DNA of 62,503 nucleotides, counting the filler. It is 4 parts of 4 records of this genome, joined end to end, with 100 filler letters (N's around TTAATTAATTAA, not from the genome) between each part and the next. Parts side by side here need not be neighbours in the genome. Positions count along the whole stretch, not along the records: positions 47,205 to 62,503 come from SRR31156797_1996; 3 more parts are not named here. One strand, given 5' to 3'. This document shows positions 50,978 through 61,000 of this stretch, one piece after another. Numbering within the stretch: position 1 is the stretch's first letter; each line of letters opens with the position of its first letter. Both the position numbers and the translations under genes were made by a program. The notes beneath the pieces are model-generated. The model ran no database searches, was not told the DNA's origin, and worked only from the letters and a program-made list of their open reading frames with translations.

Positions 50978-51937
50978 ATGAAAAGTACAAGCAGAAAAGT
51001 TGTCGTTGTCGGAACAGGTTTCGTTGGAACGAGCATTGCGTATTCCATGATCAATCAAGGACTGATCAATGAGTTAGTCTTGATCGATGTCAATCGGGAC
51101 AAAGCAGAAGGAGAAGCCCTCGATTTGTTAGACGGTATGTCATGGGGGCAAGAAAACATCAAAGTTTGGGCTGGAGAGTACTCGGAATGTAAAGATGCTG
51201 ACATCGTGGTTATTACCGCAGGAGTCAACCAAAAGCCAGGACAAACACGGCTTGAATTGATTGATGTGAACGCCGAAATTATGGCAAGCGTCACAAAACA
51301 AGTGATGGCTTCAGGCTTTGATGGCGTGCTTGTTATCGCTTCAAACCCAGTCGATGTCTTAACTTATCAAGCATGGCGTGTGTCCGGGTTGCCAGCCAAT
51401 CGGGTCGTTGGTACGGGAACGACCCTCGATACCACAAGACTTCGAAAAGAAGTGGCGGCAAAATTAGCCATCGATCCACGGAATATTCATGGGTACATCA
51501 TTGGGGAACACGGTGACTCGGAAGTCGCTGTCTGGTCCCATACAACGATCGGTGGGAAACCGATCGTAGAATTGATCAAGCAAAAGGATCGTTTGACCGT
51601 TGCCGATCTAGCGGTTCTTTCTGAACGAGTAAAAAATGCTGCCTATGAAATCATCGATCGAAAACAAGCAACTTTTTACGGGATAGGGATGAGTGTCGCA
51701 AGAATCGTTCGAGCGATCTTAAATGATGAGCAAGCGATTCTGCCGGTATCTTCCTACCTTAATGGGGAATATGGCATCAACGATTTATTCACAGGGGTTC
51801 CTGCAGTCGTGGACCAAAACGGCGTCCGCGAAATTATTGAATTGACGCTTACACCTGAGGAAAAACGGCAGTTTGATACTTCGTGTCATCAGTTACGAGC
51901 AGTAATTTCCACAATTGGACAAAGCAAAGTCAGCTGA
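50978..51937 (+). CDS. ldh: L-lactate dehydrogenase
   Basis: Start revised to ATG 50978 (SD AGGAAGG); G.GFVG, TAG..QKPG.TRL, NPVD, GT.LD..R, GEHGDS. Confidence 0.93.
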   Translation: MKSTSRKVVVVGTGFVGTSIAYSMINQGLINELVLIDVNRDKAEGEALDLLDGMSWGQENIKVWAGEYSECKDADIVVITAGVNQKPGQTRLELIDVNAEIMASVTKQVMASGFDGVLVIASNPVDVLTYQAWRVSGLPANRVVGTGTTLDTTRLRKEVAAKLAIDPRNIHGYIIGEHGDSEVAVWSHTTIGGKPIVELIKQKDRLTVADLAVLSERVKNAAYEIIDRKQATFYGIGMSVARIVRAILNDEQAILPVSSYLNGEYGINDLFTGVPAVVDQNGVREIIELTLTPEEKRQFDTSCHQLRAVISTIGQSKVS

Positions 51938-51980
51938 TCTCTAGAACACCAATAATGAAATCCTCGTGTTCGTTTTTGCC

Positions 51981-52021
51981 AAAGCATGGTTCGACTATTT
52001 ACGGTCTGCCATGCTTTTTTT
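51981..52021 (+). terminator. Intrinsic terminator after ldh
   Basis: AAAGCATGG...CCATGCTTTTTT. Confidence 0.7.
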
Positions 52022-52177
52022 CATCTAGCAAAGAATGTTAAAAGGAAATGGCGTATTTCACGCGAAACGCCCAGTATTCAACTCTCTTTATTCACACTCC
52101 TTTAGGAAAAAACATCCTCAGTGAATGACAGAAAAAGAATGATCGATCAACCTTACAAACTTTCCGAGTTGTAAAAA

Positions 52178-52229
52178 GTGACAAAGTGTCACCTTATGTG
52201 GTATTCTTCAAAAAGTGACACTTTGTCAA
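52178..52229 (+). promoter_or_regulatory. Two TetR-type operators (TGACA-N3-TGTCA) flanking a promoter
   Basis: GTGACAAAGTGTCAC at 52178-52192 and GTGACACTTTGTCAA at 52215-52229; TGnTATTCT -10 lies between them. Confidence 0.75.
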
Positions 52230-52255
52230 TATTTGGAAAGTAGGAGGAAAGAACA

Positions 52256-53332
52256 ATGTTTCTGGCTATAAAAGAAATGCGTTATTCAAAATTAAGATAT
52301 GGGTTGATCGTAGGAATCATGTTTTTGATCGCCTATGTTGTTTTTATATTGTCTGGCTTAGCTACCGGACTTAACTGGGATTTTAAAAAGGCCATCGTCG
52401 ACTGGGATTCATCCGCGATCGTTTTATCAGAAGATGCGAATGACACATTTGCGGCTTCGCAATTGACGAGAGGGGATTTAGACCGTGTAGAAGGGACACA
52501 AAAAGCCCCAATTGGTTTATACAGCAGTGTCATTACGGTCAACGATGAACAAGTCAATGTGACTGTTTTTGGTACACAAGACGATGCGTTCTTGTTACCA
52601 GAAGTCTTAGAGGGCAAGCTGTTTTCAAAAGAAAATGAGATCACGATTTCAGAAAACTTAGCAGAAGAAGGTATCAAGGTCGGGGATCAAGTGAAAATCG
52701 GACGCTCAGATGAAACCTTCAAAGTCGTTGGGATCACCCCAGAAACGTCTTATACGGTGTCACCAGTGATTTATACTTCCCTCGATACTTGGACGAAAAT
52801 GAAGTTTGCTAATCAACCATTCGCATCTGATAAGGAGCAGCCCATCAATATCATTGTGACCAAATCAAGTGATCCGAAAGTCGATAACCAAGAAGGAACC
52901 CAGCTTAAAGTGTTGGCAACGGAAGACTTTATTGAAAAGCTTCCTGGATTTTCTGCCCAAAACTTGACCTTAAATGCCATGATCTACTTCTTATTTGTTG
53001 TTGCAACGGCAATCGTGGGGATTTTCATGTATGTGATCACCCTACAAAAAACAGCGATTTTTGGTGTGATGAAAGCCCAAGGGATTCGGACCAGCTTTAT
53101 TGCCAAATCAATTATTGCGCAAGCATTTATGGTCGGTGTGATTGGGGTAGCCCTAGCCTTTGCGGCGGCATACGGCACCAGCTTGTTTTTACCAGATGCC
53201 ATGCCATTTTTCTTTGAATTAAAGCAATGGCTGCTTTATAGCGGCATCTTGATTCTCGTGGCAGTTCTAGGCGGCTTATTCTCCATTCGGACGGTCACAA
53301 AAGTCGATCCAATCACGGCAATAGGAGGGTAA
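52256..53332 (+). CDS. HrtB-like (MacB/FtsX family) ABC permease
   Basis: MFLA.KE, LSGLA.GL, QK...FG.MKA.G, K.DP..AIG. Confidence 0.85.
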   Translation: MFLAIKEMRYSKLRYGLIVGIMFLIAYVVFILSGLATGLNWDFKKAIVDWDSSAIVLSEDANDTFAASQLTRGDLDRVEGTQKAPIGLYSSVITVNDEQVNVTVFGTQDDAFLLPEVLEGKLFSKENEITISENLAEEGIKVGDQVKIGRSDETFKVVGITPETSYTVSPVIYTSLDTWTKMKFANQPFASDKEQPINIIVTKSSDPKVDNQEGTQLKVLATEDFIEKLPGFSAQNLTLNAMIYFLFVVATAIVGIFMYVITLQKTAIFGVMKAQGIRTSFIAKSIIAQAFMVGVIGVALAFAAAYGTSLFLPDAMPFFFELKQWLLYSGILILVAVLGGLFSIRTVTKVDPITAIGG

Positions 53333-53337
53333 CAAAG

Positions 53338-54039
53338 ATGAAAGACATTTTAGTAATGAAGGATATTATAAAAAAATTTGGCAAGCAGCATACCGAAGTA
53401 ACGGCATTAAAAGGACTGAATTTTCATGTTCAAGAAGGGGAGTTTGTCAGTATCATCGGTCCTTCTGGTTCAGGAAAAAGTACCTTTTTGACCATCGCTG
53501 GCGGCTTACAAAATCCAACAACCGGAGAAATCATCATCAACCAGGTGAACTTTTCCCAATTAAATGAAAAGCAACGAGGGAAGTTGCGTTTTAAAGAGAT
53601 TGGGTTTATCTTGCAAAGCTCGAATTTGATCCCTTTTCTAACGGTAAAGGAACAATTTTATTTGGTCGACAAAGTTTCAGGAAAAGCCAAGGAAAAGGAA
53701 CGGATTGATGAATTGCTTGCTTCATTAGATATTCTCGATCTTCAAGACAAGTTTCCCCGCGATTTATCTGGTGGGGAACGTCAACGAGTGGCGATCGGCA
53801 GGGCGTTGTTTAATGACCCAAGCTTGATTTTGGCGGATGAACCAACTGCCAGCTTAGACACGGATCATGCGTATGAAGTCGTGAAGTTATTGGTGAAAGA
53901 AGCGCATGAGAAAAAGAAAGCGACAGTCATGGTCACCCACGACGAGCGAATGATCCAATGGAGTGATCGCATTTTCCGAATGGAAGATGGCAATCTGATC
54001 GAACAAAACGCCCCATCAAGAGAAACTGCACAAGTCTGA
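53338..54039 (+). CDS. HrtA-like ABC ATPase
   Basis: GPSGSGKS, LSGGERQR, LADEPTASLD, VTHD. Confidence 0.9.
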   Translation: MKDILVMKDIIKKFGKQHTEVTALKGLNFHVQEGEFVSIIGPSGSGKSTFLTIAGGLQNPTTGEIIINQVNFSQLNEKQRGKLRFKEIGFILQSSNLIPFLTVKEQFYLVDKVSGKAKEKERIDELLASLDILDLQDKFPRDLSGGERQRVAIGRALFNDPSLILADEPTASLDTDHAYEVVKLLVKEAHEKKKATVMVTHDERMIQWSDRIFRMEDGNLIEQNAPSRETAQV

Positions 54040-54104
54040 GTGGAAAAGTAGAGGGATTTGTTTATAATAGAGGGAGTAGATTGCGAATGATGGAGGAGAA
54101 TCCC

Positions 54105-54725
54105 TTGCCAAGTACAACATTTTTTCATTTAAAACAAGAGAAAAAAGAAAAAATCGATGCCGTGCTTTTAGAAGAATTTTTTAGCAAGCATATCAGTCAA
54201 GTCAAGGTCTCTGCCATCGTCGAAAAATCGCACATTTCTAGAGGGGCGTTTTACAAGTACTTTCAAAACTTAGAAGATGCCTATGACTATGCGATCACCA
54301 ACTATTCCAACCAAATCCATTCTGCGATTTTTACGTTTATCAATCGCAACAAAAATGATTTTTTCAAAGGGATCGAAGAATACTTGGCTTGGTGCAGTCA
54401 ATGGTCACCTGAAGATGATCATTGGAAAATGATCCACTTATGTACCCAAAGCAATGCCTGGACGAAGCGCGATGCGATCCCTGACGATTCGCCCATGATT
54501 CGCCAATGGTTGGAGCTGTTGGAAGAAAATCGCTTCACGATCCATGATACGCAAGAAGCCGTCAGTTTCCTTTACTTTATTATGGCGGTCGTGATGGATA
54601 GTCTGACAGATTTTATTTCGAATGAATGGACCGCAAAAGAGCTGATCAAAGATTTCCGCTATAAGGTGCAGTGGATCAAGTATGGAATCAAAAAGGACAA
54701 CAAAGAGTACAACAAAGAGGAATGA
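54105..54725 (+). CDS. TetR-family regulator
   Basis: Probable TTG start at 54105 after GGAGGAG (MPSTTFFHL); ISRGAFYKYF HTH. Confidence 0.85.
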   Translation: MPSTTFFHLKQEKKEKIDAVLLEEFFSKHISQVKVSAIVEKSHISRGAFYKYFQNLEDAYDYAITNYSNQIHSAIFTFINRNKNDFFKGIEEYLAWCSQWSPEDDHWKMIHLCTQSNAWTKRDAIPDDSPMIRQWLELLEENRFTIHDTQEAVSFLYFIMAVVMDSLTDFISNEWTAKELIKDFRYKVQWIKYGIKKDNKEYNKEE

Positions 54726-54784
54726 ATGCTTCGGCAAGAGGATGGAGCAAATACCTCGCACGGCGGAGAAGTTCATTTACAAAG

Positions 54785-54830
54785 AAAGAGGTGCCCGACA
54801 ACCGAAATAGTTGTCGGACACCTCTTTTTT
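54785..54830. terminator. Bidirectional terminator
   Basis: AAAGAGGTGCCCGACAAC..GTTGTCGGACACCTCTTT. Confidence 0.8.
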
Positions 54831-54840
54831 GAGCAAATGG

Positions 54841-56268
54841 TTATTTTTTATTTACACGTTTCGCAATGATTGGCAAGATCAAGCCAATCAAAAGAAAGGC
54901 GATCGGCGTAATGATATTTAAGGCCAATTGGAAGAACCAAGCTTGCGGATCTGCCGCATAATCAAGCTTAGGAACCATCCCTAAAATGCAGGCAAAGGCC
55001 GTGAACAAGAAGCACCATAAGCCAATCCCAAAGCCAACTTTGGTGTTTTTCACGAATTTATAATCGGAAGTAAAGCGATTGGCGTGTTTGTTGACTAGCA
55101 TAAAGGCTAAGAAGACCCATAAGTAACGCAGTGGCATGACAACTGAATTCAAGTTCAGCAACCAACGGTACAGTTCGGTCATATTGCCGATTCCTAGTGC
55201 TGGAATAATGATTAAAATGCTTACCAGGATACCAGTCATAATATATCCATTTACTGGTGTTCCTTTTTTGTTTAGTTTTGCTAAGCCATTTGGTACAAAT
55301 TCTGAATCAGCATCAGACAGTAGTATTTTCAATGGGGCATCAATTGAAAAGGCCAAAGCAGAGATTTGCGCCAACGCATTGGCGATGGAATAAAGAATGA
55401 CAAAGAAGTTGCCGATTCCGTAGAAGTTTCCAAGTCGTTGAAAGGCTTCATAAGCGCCGTTGACCATCAAATCTTCTGGAATATGGTTGGCATCAAAAAG
55501 CATCCCCATAGCAATCGAGCCGAGCAAGGCACATAACGCCACCATACCGGCTAAAAAGATCATGCCTTTTGGAAATTCTTTTGCAGGATTTTTTGTGTTA
55601 TTTACGTAAGGCGAGATTTTTTCACAGCCGCCTACCGCAAATACCAGCATCGAGATCGTGGTTAAATAGGTAAAGTCAAATTTAGGGATATAGGTTGAAA
55701 CAGATGACATGTTTGGTGTAGCAATTTCAGCACCAGTCATTGCTGGAGCGGTGACTGCTAAAAGAATAAAAAGAATCGACATCACGAACATGGCTGTTCC
55801 CGCGATGTTCCCAATCATTTTTAAGGTCGTCAATCCTTTAGAGGCAATCCATAAAAAGAATAGAAAAATAGCTAAACAAATCAACGAGACTTCCATGGAA
55901 CCCATCGTCGATACAAATGTACCATTTCCTTTAAATAACCAACTCAAGGATACTAAGATTCCTTGGGGTTTTTGTGCCAAGTAGGGCACGTGAACGACCC
56001 AATAAGTCCAAGCAGCAAAAAAAGCCAACCGCTTTGTTGAGGTTTCTTTGATCCATGAGGAGACCCCACCACTTGACTCTTTGAAGGTCGATCCTAACTG
56101 ACCAACACTTAATGCATATGGTACAAAATAAAGAGCCATAATTAATAGCCACGAAACAACAACAGTCAATCCTTGTTGAGCGTAATTGTTTACAACATTT
56201 CCCAGTCCCCAAACAGAGACGAACGCCATCAGCGCAATATTATACCAGCGTAATTGTTTCTCATTCAT
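54841..56268 (-). CDS. APC-family amino acid permease (YjeM/GadC-like)
   Basis: Start revised to ATG 56268 (SD AAGGAG); about 12 TM; GG..SW, FAVGG.E, NPAKEFPK. Confidence 0.88.
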   Translation of the reverse strand: MNEKQLRWYNIALMAFVSVWGLGNVVNNYAQQGLTVVVSWLLIMALYFVPYALSVGQLGSTFKESSGGVSSWIKETSTKRLAFFAAWTYWVVHVPYLAQKPQGILVSLSWLFKGNGTFVSTMGSMEVSLICLAIFLFFLWIASKGLTTLKMIGNIAGTAMFVMSILFILLAVTAPAMTGAEIATPNMSSVSTYIPKFDFTYLTTISMLVFAVGGCEKISPYVNNTKNPAKEFPKGMIFLAGMVALCALLGSIAMGMLFDANHIPEDLMVNGAYEAFQRLGNFYGIGNFFVILYSIANALAQISALAFSIDAPLKILLSDADSEFVPNGLAKLNKKGTPVNGYIMTGILVSILIIIPALGIGNMTELYRWLLNLNSVVMPLRYLWVFLAFMLVNKHANRFTSDYKFVKNTKVGFGIGLWCFLFTAFACILGMVPKLDYAADPQAWFFQLALNIITPIAFLLIGLILPIIAKRVNKK

Positions 56269-56827
56269 CGCTTTCTCCTTCTTAAAATGATTTTTCTGAC
56301 TGGTTAAAATAGAGCGTTTTTTGAAATTTAGTGAGAAAAAAATTTCTTTCCATAAGCACTTGATCACTATCAAGTTTCTTATGCACTTTTTCACAAATGT
56401 CAAAGGTCAAATTGAATAAAAAAATTTCAGCTGCTCTTTTTTATCCAGTCATTGATTTTCCATAGTTAGGATAAACCTCTGAATTCTTTTGGTCAAGAAA
56501 AATTAAATTGTTATTTAAAAAAAATAATAAATTTCTGATGATAGAAAAAGCAAACATCATCATTCATTAATAATCTGAAAGAAATGCTACTACATTCGGT
56601 CAAGGGCGTGGATGAAATAGAGAACGTTTCATTTAAATGAATGGACGCATAAAGATGAAAGAAACCCTTTCGAAAGGCTTTTCACTGGTACTTTTTGGAT
56701 AGATTTTTAAGCAAAGGAAACAGAAGAGTAGTCGTAGCTTTTTTGTTTTTCTAACAATAACTTTACGCTAACTTTCTTTCAAAGAAACACGAAAACAAAG
56801 TTAGCCGGATTCTTCATTCCATCGAAA

Positions 56828-57367
56828 TCACTGGTTTTTTTTCTTCAATTTATAGGAGTTGGGTGTTATTCGCTCAAATACTGGCCATAAAAGCAAATAA
56901 AAGACGAAGTTTCCACTGGCATGGAAGAAATCGAACAGTAGTCCTTGAAGGTAATAGGCAAGAAACGAAGGAAACTGATACAGCCAAACCTCCATCAACG
57001 AAACGATCAAGCCATAAAGAAGTCCGCAAAGAAAGGCAAAGAAAGCTTGCAGGATACGATTTTTCTTGATGATCGGGATTTTTCCAAGCTGTTGAAAAAG
57101 AACGATGGTGCCGGTAAGTGCAGCCAATTGACTGATCGTCCAGGGACCCATGCCTAAATAGATATTTGTTCCGAGCAAACTTAGCAAGGCAATCATCAAC
57201 GCATCGGTTAAGCAGTAAGAAAAAGCCACTAAAAATAAAAGGGCACTCATAGGCTGAACGTTAGGGATAAAGACAAAAACCAACCGTCCAACGATACACG
57301 CTGCGGTGAGCAGTGCTAAATGAGAAATTCTTTGAACGGAGAATACATTGGATTGGGGAGGAAGCAT
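56828..57367 (-). CDS. cbrT: ECF transporter S component, CbrT-like (cobalamin)
   Basis: GR.....PNVQP, N..LGMGPW, G.LYG, FD..HA.GN; divergent from nrdJ. Confidence 0.75.
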   Translation of the reverse strand: MLPPQSNVFSVQRISHLALLTAACIVGRLVFVFIPNVQPMSALLFLVAFSYCLTDALMIALLSLLGTNIYLGMGPWTISQLAALTGTIVLFQQLGKIPIIKKNRILQAFFAFLCGLLYGLIVSLMEVWLYQFPSFLAYYLQGLLFDFFHASGNFVFYLLLWPVFERITPNSYKLKKKNQ

Positions 57368-57388
57368 GAAAATCGCCGACTTTCTAAT

Positions 57389-57403
57389 TGATAATCATTC
57401 TCA
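57389..57403. promoter_or_regulatory. Fur-box-like 7-1-7 palindrome
   Basis: TGATAATCATTCTCA, one mismatch to TGATAATnATTATCA. Confidence 0.65.
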
Positions 57404-57439
57404 TTATACATGGAAAATAATATAATTCAAGATTGAAAT

Positions 57440-57486
57440 ACACATTATATAGTACGATAATAAAAACGGAGCACAATATGTTGTGT
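57440..57486 (+). promoter_or_regulatory. Tandem NrdR boxes
   Basis: ACACATTATATAGTAC (57440-57455) and GCACAATATGTTGTGT (57471-57486), 31 bp apart, upstream of an RNR gene. Confidence 0.8.
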
Positions 57487-57508
57487 TTTTAGAAGGAGAG
57501 GGAAAGAA

Positions 57509-59986
57509 ATGGACTACAAAAAACAAACGATTGAGAAATTGAACGAGGATATCAAGTTGTTCCAAGAAGTTTCGGCGATCACACCGGAAATGACCAAAAC
57601 ATTTGAGGGAATCGCTCGTTTGATTATGTTGGATCGTTACTCATTCAAGGATCAAACCCATCAAACGTTGGGTAAGGATGATTTGGTGATTTTGACAACG
57701 AAAGCTGATCCTAAATATCCTGCACGAGGAATCGGTATTGTGAAAGCAATCGATGGGGAACTAGTCTCTATCGAAGTGGAAGAGGCCTATCGTTCAGCGT
57801 TAGAAGATACTGATGAACAAGCCAGTGGACTTGTGAAAAGAAGAAAAAGTGACATTGAAAAACCGTTAGAACTCTTTTTTGAGCAAGTGGCGCATCGTGT
57901 TGCCAAAGGGATTTCTGCCAACGAGTCCCATGACCAGGAGCGCTTCCTTGAGACGTTTTACCAACAAATCGTGGCGCAAAACCTAATTCCCGCAGGCAGA
58001 GTACTTTATGGAGCAGGAACAAATTCTCAAGTTACCTACTTCAATTGCTTTGTGATGCCTTTCATCCATGATTCCCGAAAAGGGATTGCTGTCCATCGAC
58101 AAGAAGTCATGGAGATTATGAGTCGTGGTGGCGGGGTTGGAACCAATGGGTCGACCTTGCGACCAAAATCAAGTGTGGTCCACGGCGTCAGCGGTCGGTC
58201 TTCTGGGGCAGTTTCTTGGCTGAATGATTTGGCGAACTTGACGAACCTTGTCGAACAAGGAGGTAGTCGTCGCGGAGCGCAGATGATTATGATGGCAGAT
58301 TGGCATCCAGATATTTTTACGTTTATTCTTTCTAAAGTTCAAAATCCTGCTGTATTGCTTCACCTGAAAAAAGCAGTCACGAATGCAGCAATCAAACAAC
58401 TGATCAATGAAAAACTGCAATTTGATCCTTTGACAAAAATGGAAGAAAAAATGTTCACTTATCTAGCGCAACTGCCTGAATCGTCAGATAAGGAACATAA
58501 TGACATGATCCAAAAGGCAAAAGAAAAATTGCGAATAGGTGGCAGCTATACGGTAAAAGAAAGTGATTTCTTAACTGGTGCGAATATTTCAGTCTGCTTG
58601 ACAGGAGAATTCATGGAAGCAGTGAAGACAGATGGGTGGTATGAGCTGCGCTTTCCAGATATTGACAATTATTCGGAAGCAGAGATGGCGCAATATGATG
58701 CAAAATGGGCGGAAGTCGGGGATGTGCGAGAATGGGCAGCTGCTGGCCATAAAGTCAAAACCTATCAAAGGATCAAAGCTCGTGAGTTATGGGAGTTGAT
58801 TACTTTTTGTGCAACGTATTCTGCTGAGCCTGGTATTTTCTTTATCGATAATGCCAACAAGATGACGAATGCTACAGCATACGGACAAAAAGTCGTGGCA
58901 ACCAATCCGTGCGGTGAACAGCCCCTAACCCCTTATGCCGTCTGTAACTTGGCAGCCATCAATCTCGCAAACATGGCGGATCGCCAGAAAGGCACCGTTG
59001 ATTTTGCCAAACTAAAAGAAACCGTGAAAACAGCAGTTCGTTTCCAAGACAATGTTATTGACGCAACGCCTTACTTTTTTGACAAAAATGAGCAGCAGGC
59101 GAAAGGGGAAAGACGTGTTGGATTAGGGATCATGGGCCTGGCAGATTTATTGATCTACTGTGGGAAAAAATACGGATCGACAGAAGGGAATCAATTCGTT
59201 GATCAAATTTTCGAGACAATGGCAGTCACTGCCTATGAGGCATCCATTGAATTGGCGAAAGAAAAAGGCAGCTTTCCCTTCCTGATTGGAAAAAATGACC
59301 AAGAGACGCAAGCGTTGCGGAAGAAATTTATCGATACAGGATACATGAAAAAAATGCCAGCGCACATTCGCGAAGGCGTGCTGCGATTCGGCATTCGTAA
59401 CTCTCATCTTTTGACCGTTGCACCAACAGGATCGACAGGCACGATGACGGGAGTTTCAACCGGTTTAGAACCTTACTACTCCTTTTCTTATTTTAGAAGC
59501 GGTCGACTAGGTAAGTTTATTGAAATCAATGCGGAGATCGTTGACGAATACCTGATGGATCATCCTGAAAGAACCAAAGCGCAGTTGCCGGCATGGTTCA
59601 TTTCCGCTATGGAGTTGACGCCCGAAGAACATGTCGGTGTGCAATGCACCATTCAACGTTGGGTGGATAGCTCCATTTCAAAAACGGTCAATGCACCAAA
59701 AGGATATACAGTAAGCCAAGTAGCCAAGGTTTATCGAGATCTTTATGAAGGAGGAGCCAAAGGAGGGACCGTCTATGTAGATGGCAGCCGAGATTCACAA
59801 GTACTTACCTTAGAAGCGGTAGAAAATGAGCTGACCGCACAAGTTGAACCGCTGCCTGTCGTTCAAGTAGATGAACCCGTCGTCTCTGGTGAAATCTGCC
59901 CCATCTGCCATGAAGGAACCATTGAGGAAATCGGCGGCTGTAGTACCTGCACAAACTGTAAAATCCAATTAAAATGCGGGCTCTAA
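57509..59986 (+). CDS. nrdJ: Adenosylcobalamin-dependent (class II) ribonucleotide reductase
   Basis: PAGR, NCFV, GGGVG, RRGA, NPCGEQ, CNL, APTG, SISKTVN, C-terminal Cys-rich tail; no beta-subunit gene nearby. Confidence 0.93.
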   Translation: MDYKKQTIEKLNEDIKLFQEVSAITPEMTKTFEGIARLIMLDRYSFKDQTHQTLGKDDLVILTTKADPKYPARGIGIVKAIDGELVSIEVEEAYRSALEDTDEQASGLVKRRKSDIEKPLELFFEQVAHRVAKGISANESHDQERFLETFYQQIVAQNLIPAGRVLYGAGTNSQVTYFNCFVMPFIHDSRKGIAVHRQEVMEIMSRGGGVGTNGSTLRPKSSVVHGVSGRSSGAVSWLNDLANLTNLVEQGGSRRGAQMIMMADWHPDIFTFILSKVQNPAVLLHLKKAVTNAAIKQLINEKLQFDPLTKMEEKMFTYLAQLPESSDKEHNDMIQKAKEKLRIGGSYTVKESDFLTGANISVCLTGEFMEAVKTDGWYELRFPDIDNYSEAEMAQYDAKWAEVGDVREWAAAGHKVKTYQRIKARELWELITFCATYSAEPGIFFIDNANKMTNATAYGQKVVATNPCGEQPLTPYAVCNLAAINLANMADRQKGTVDFAKLKETVKTAVRFQDNVIDATPYFFDKNEQQAKGERRVGLGIMGLADLLIYCGKKYGSTEGNQFVDQIFETMAVTAYEASIELAKEKGSFPFLIGKNDQETQALRKKFIDTGYMKKMPAHIREGVLRFGIRNSHLLTVAPTGSTGTMTGVSTGLEPYYSFSYFRSGRLGKFIEINAEIVDEYLMDHPERTKAQLPAWFISAMELTPEEHVGVQCTIQRWVDSSISKTVNAPKGYTVSQVAKVYRDLYEGGAKGGTVYVDGSRDSQVLTLEAVENELTAQVEPLPVVQVDEPVVSGEICPICHEGTIEEIGGCSTCTNCKIQLKCGL

Positions 59987-60072
59987 AAGGATACAGGATT
60001 GATAGAGCAAGTCTTATCCGCATATTGGATAAAAAAAGATTTGTATTTTGACTATTGGAGAGGAAGAAATAG

Positions 60073-60462
60073 ATGAAAAAAGTATTTGTCGTATTTATGC
60101 TAGTGAGCACATTACTCGTCGCTACAGGATGCCAACAGGCAAGTGTAACGTCAGAAAGCACGCAGCAAAGTTCCTTGAAGCAAGAACAAGGAACAGCTAC
60201 GATCGTCATCCAAAATCAAGAAGATGTGACCTCAAAAGAAGTAACGTTCCGAGAAAATGAGTCGCTGATGGAAGTAATGAAAGAAAACTTTGCGATCAAA
60301 GAAAAAGATGGCTTTATCACCTCGATTGACGGCATCAGTCAAGATCAAAAAGCCAATCTATTTTGGGTCTATACCGTCAATGACGAAATGACCGATAAAG
60401 GGGCACAAGAGTTGTTTTTAAAAAGCAATGATATCATTACATTTGATTTGAAAGCATTCTGA
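60073..60462 (+). CDS. DUF4430 (transcobalamin-like domain) lipoprotein
   Basis: Lipobox ATGC; GFITSIDG, W.Y.VN, GA. Confidence 0.82.
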   Translation: MKKVFVVFMLVSTLLVATGCQQASVTSESTQQSSLKQEQGTATIVIQNQEDVTSKEVTFRENESLMEVMKENFAIKEKDGFITSIDGISQDQKANLFWVYTVNDEMTDKGAQELFLKSNDIITFDLKAF

Positions 60463-61000
60463 TTTGTTTGATTCTAAGGATCTTTATTGGTGCAAAAGAA
60501 CTTGCACATAAAGATCTTTATCTATACAGATAGACTCTTGCGTTGATTTTGGAGGTAGTTTTGCATTCAAGTTCTATTCAAGAGTCTATTCTTGTTTTTC
60601 TATCATAGTTTGGAGTGGTGGCTTATTTTATTTTAAAATTGGAATAATAGAAATAAAGATACCATTACATACATAAGTTTTAGCCATGATGTTTCTTTCG
60701 TATTTTGGCTTGCGTTCCTTTTTTTTGTAGAAAATAATTTTTTTATAGTAGAGTGGAAATGGACAAAAATTTGATTTATCCGTTAGCTTAAGTGGCTAAC
60801 GCTTCTATTCTCTAATATATGGTTTTACTTACTATTTTTCTTGCGATTGTTTCCCAATCTGCTTGTTGTTCATAAAAACAATGTTATCATTGTATCATCA
60901 GATGTGGGTGGCGAACAGTGGTCTAAAACACGAGCGTTGATTACAAATAAGGTTTTTTCGTTCTCTTTGTTTATTGATCAGAAAAGGTAGGAGGAGAATA

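Noticed and set aside
57368-57508. Cobalamin riboswitch upstream of nrdJ/cbrT
   Set aside because: The region is short and AT-rich, lacks B12-box motifs, and is explained by NrdR and Fur boxes.
60463-61000. Several hairpins and small hydrophobic ORFs suggesting an sRNA or type I toxin-antitoxin locus
   Set aside because: No ORF with a convincing SD and start, and no clear antisense promoter-terminator pair.
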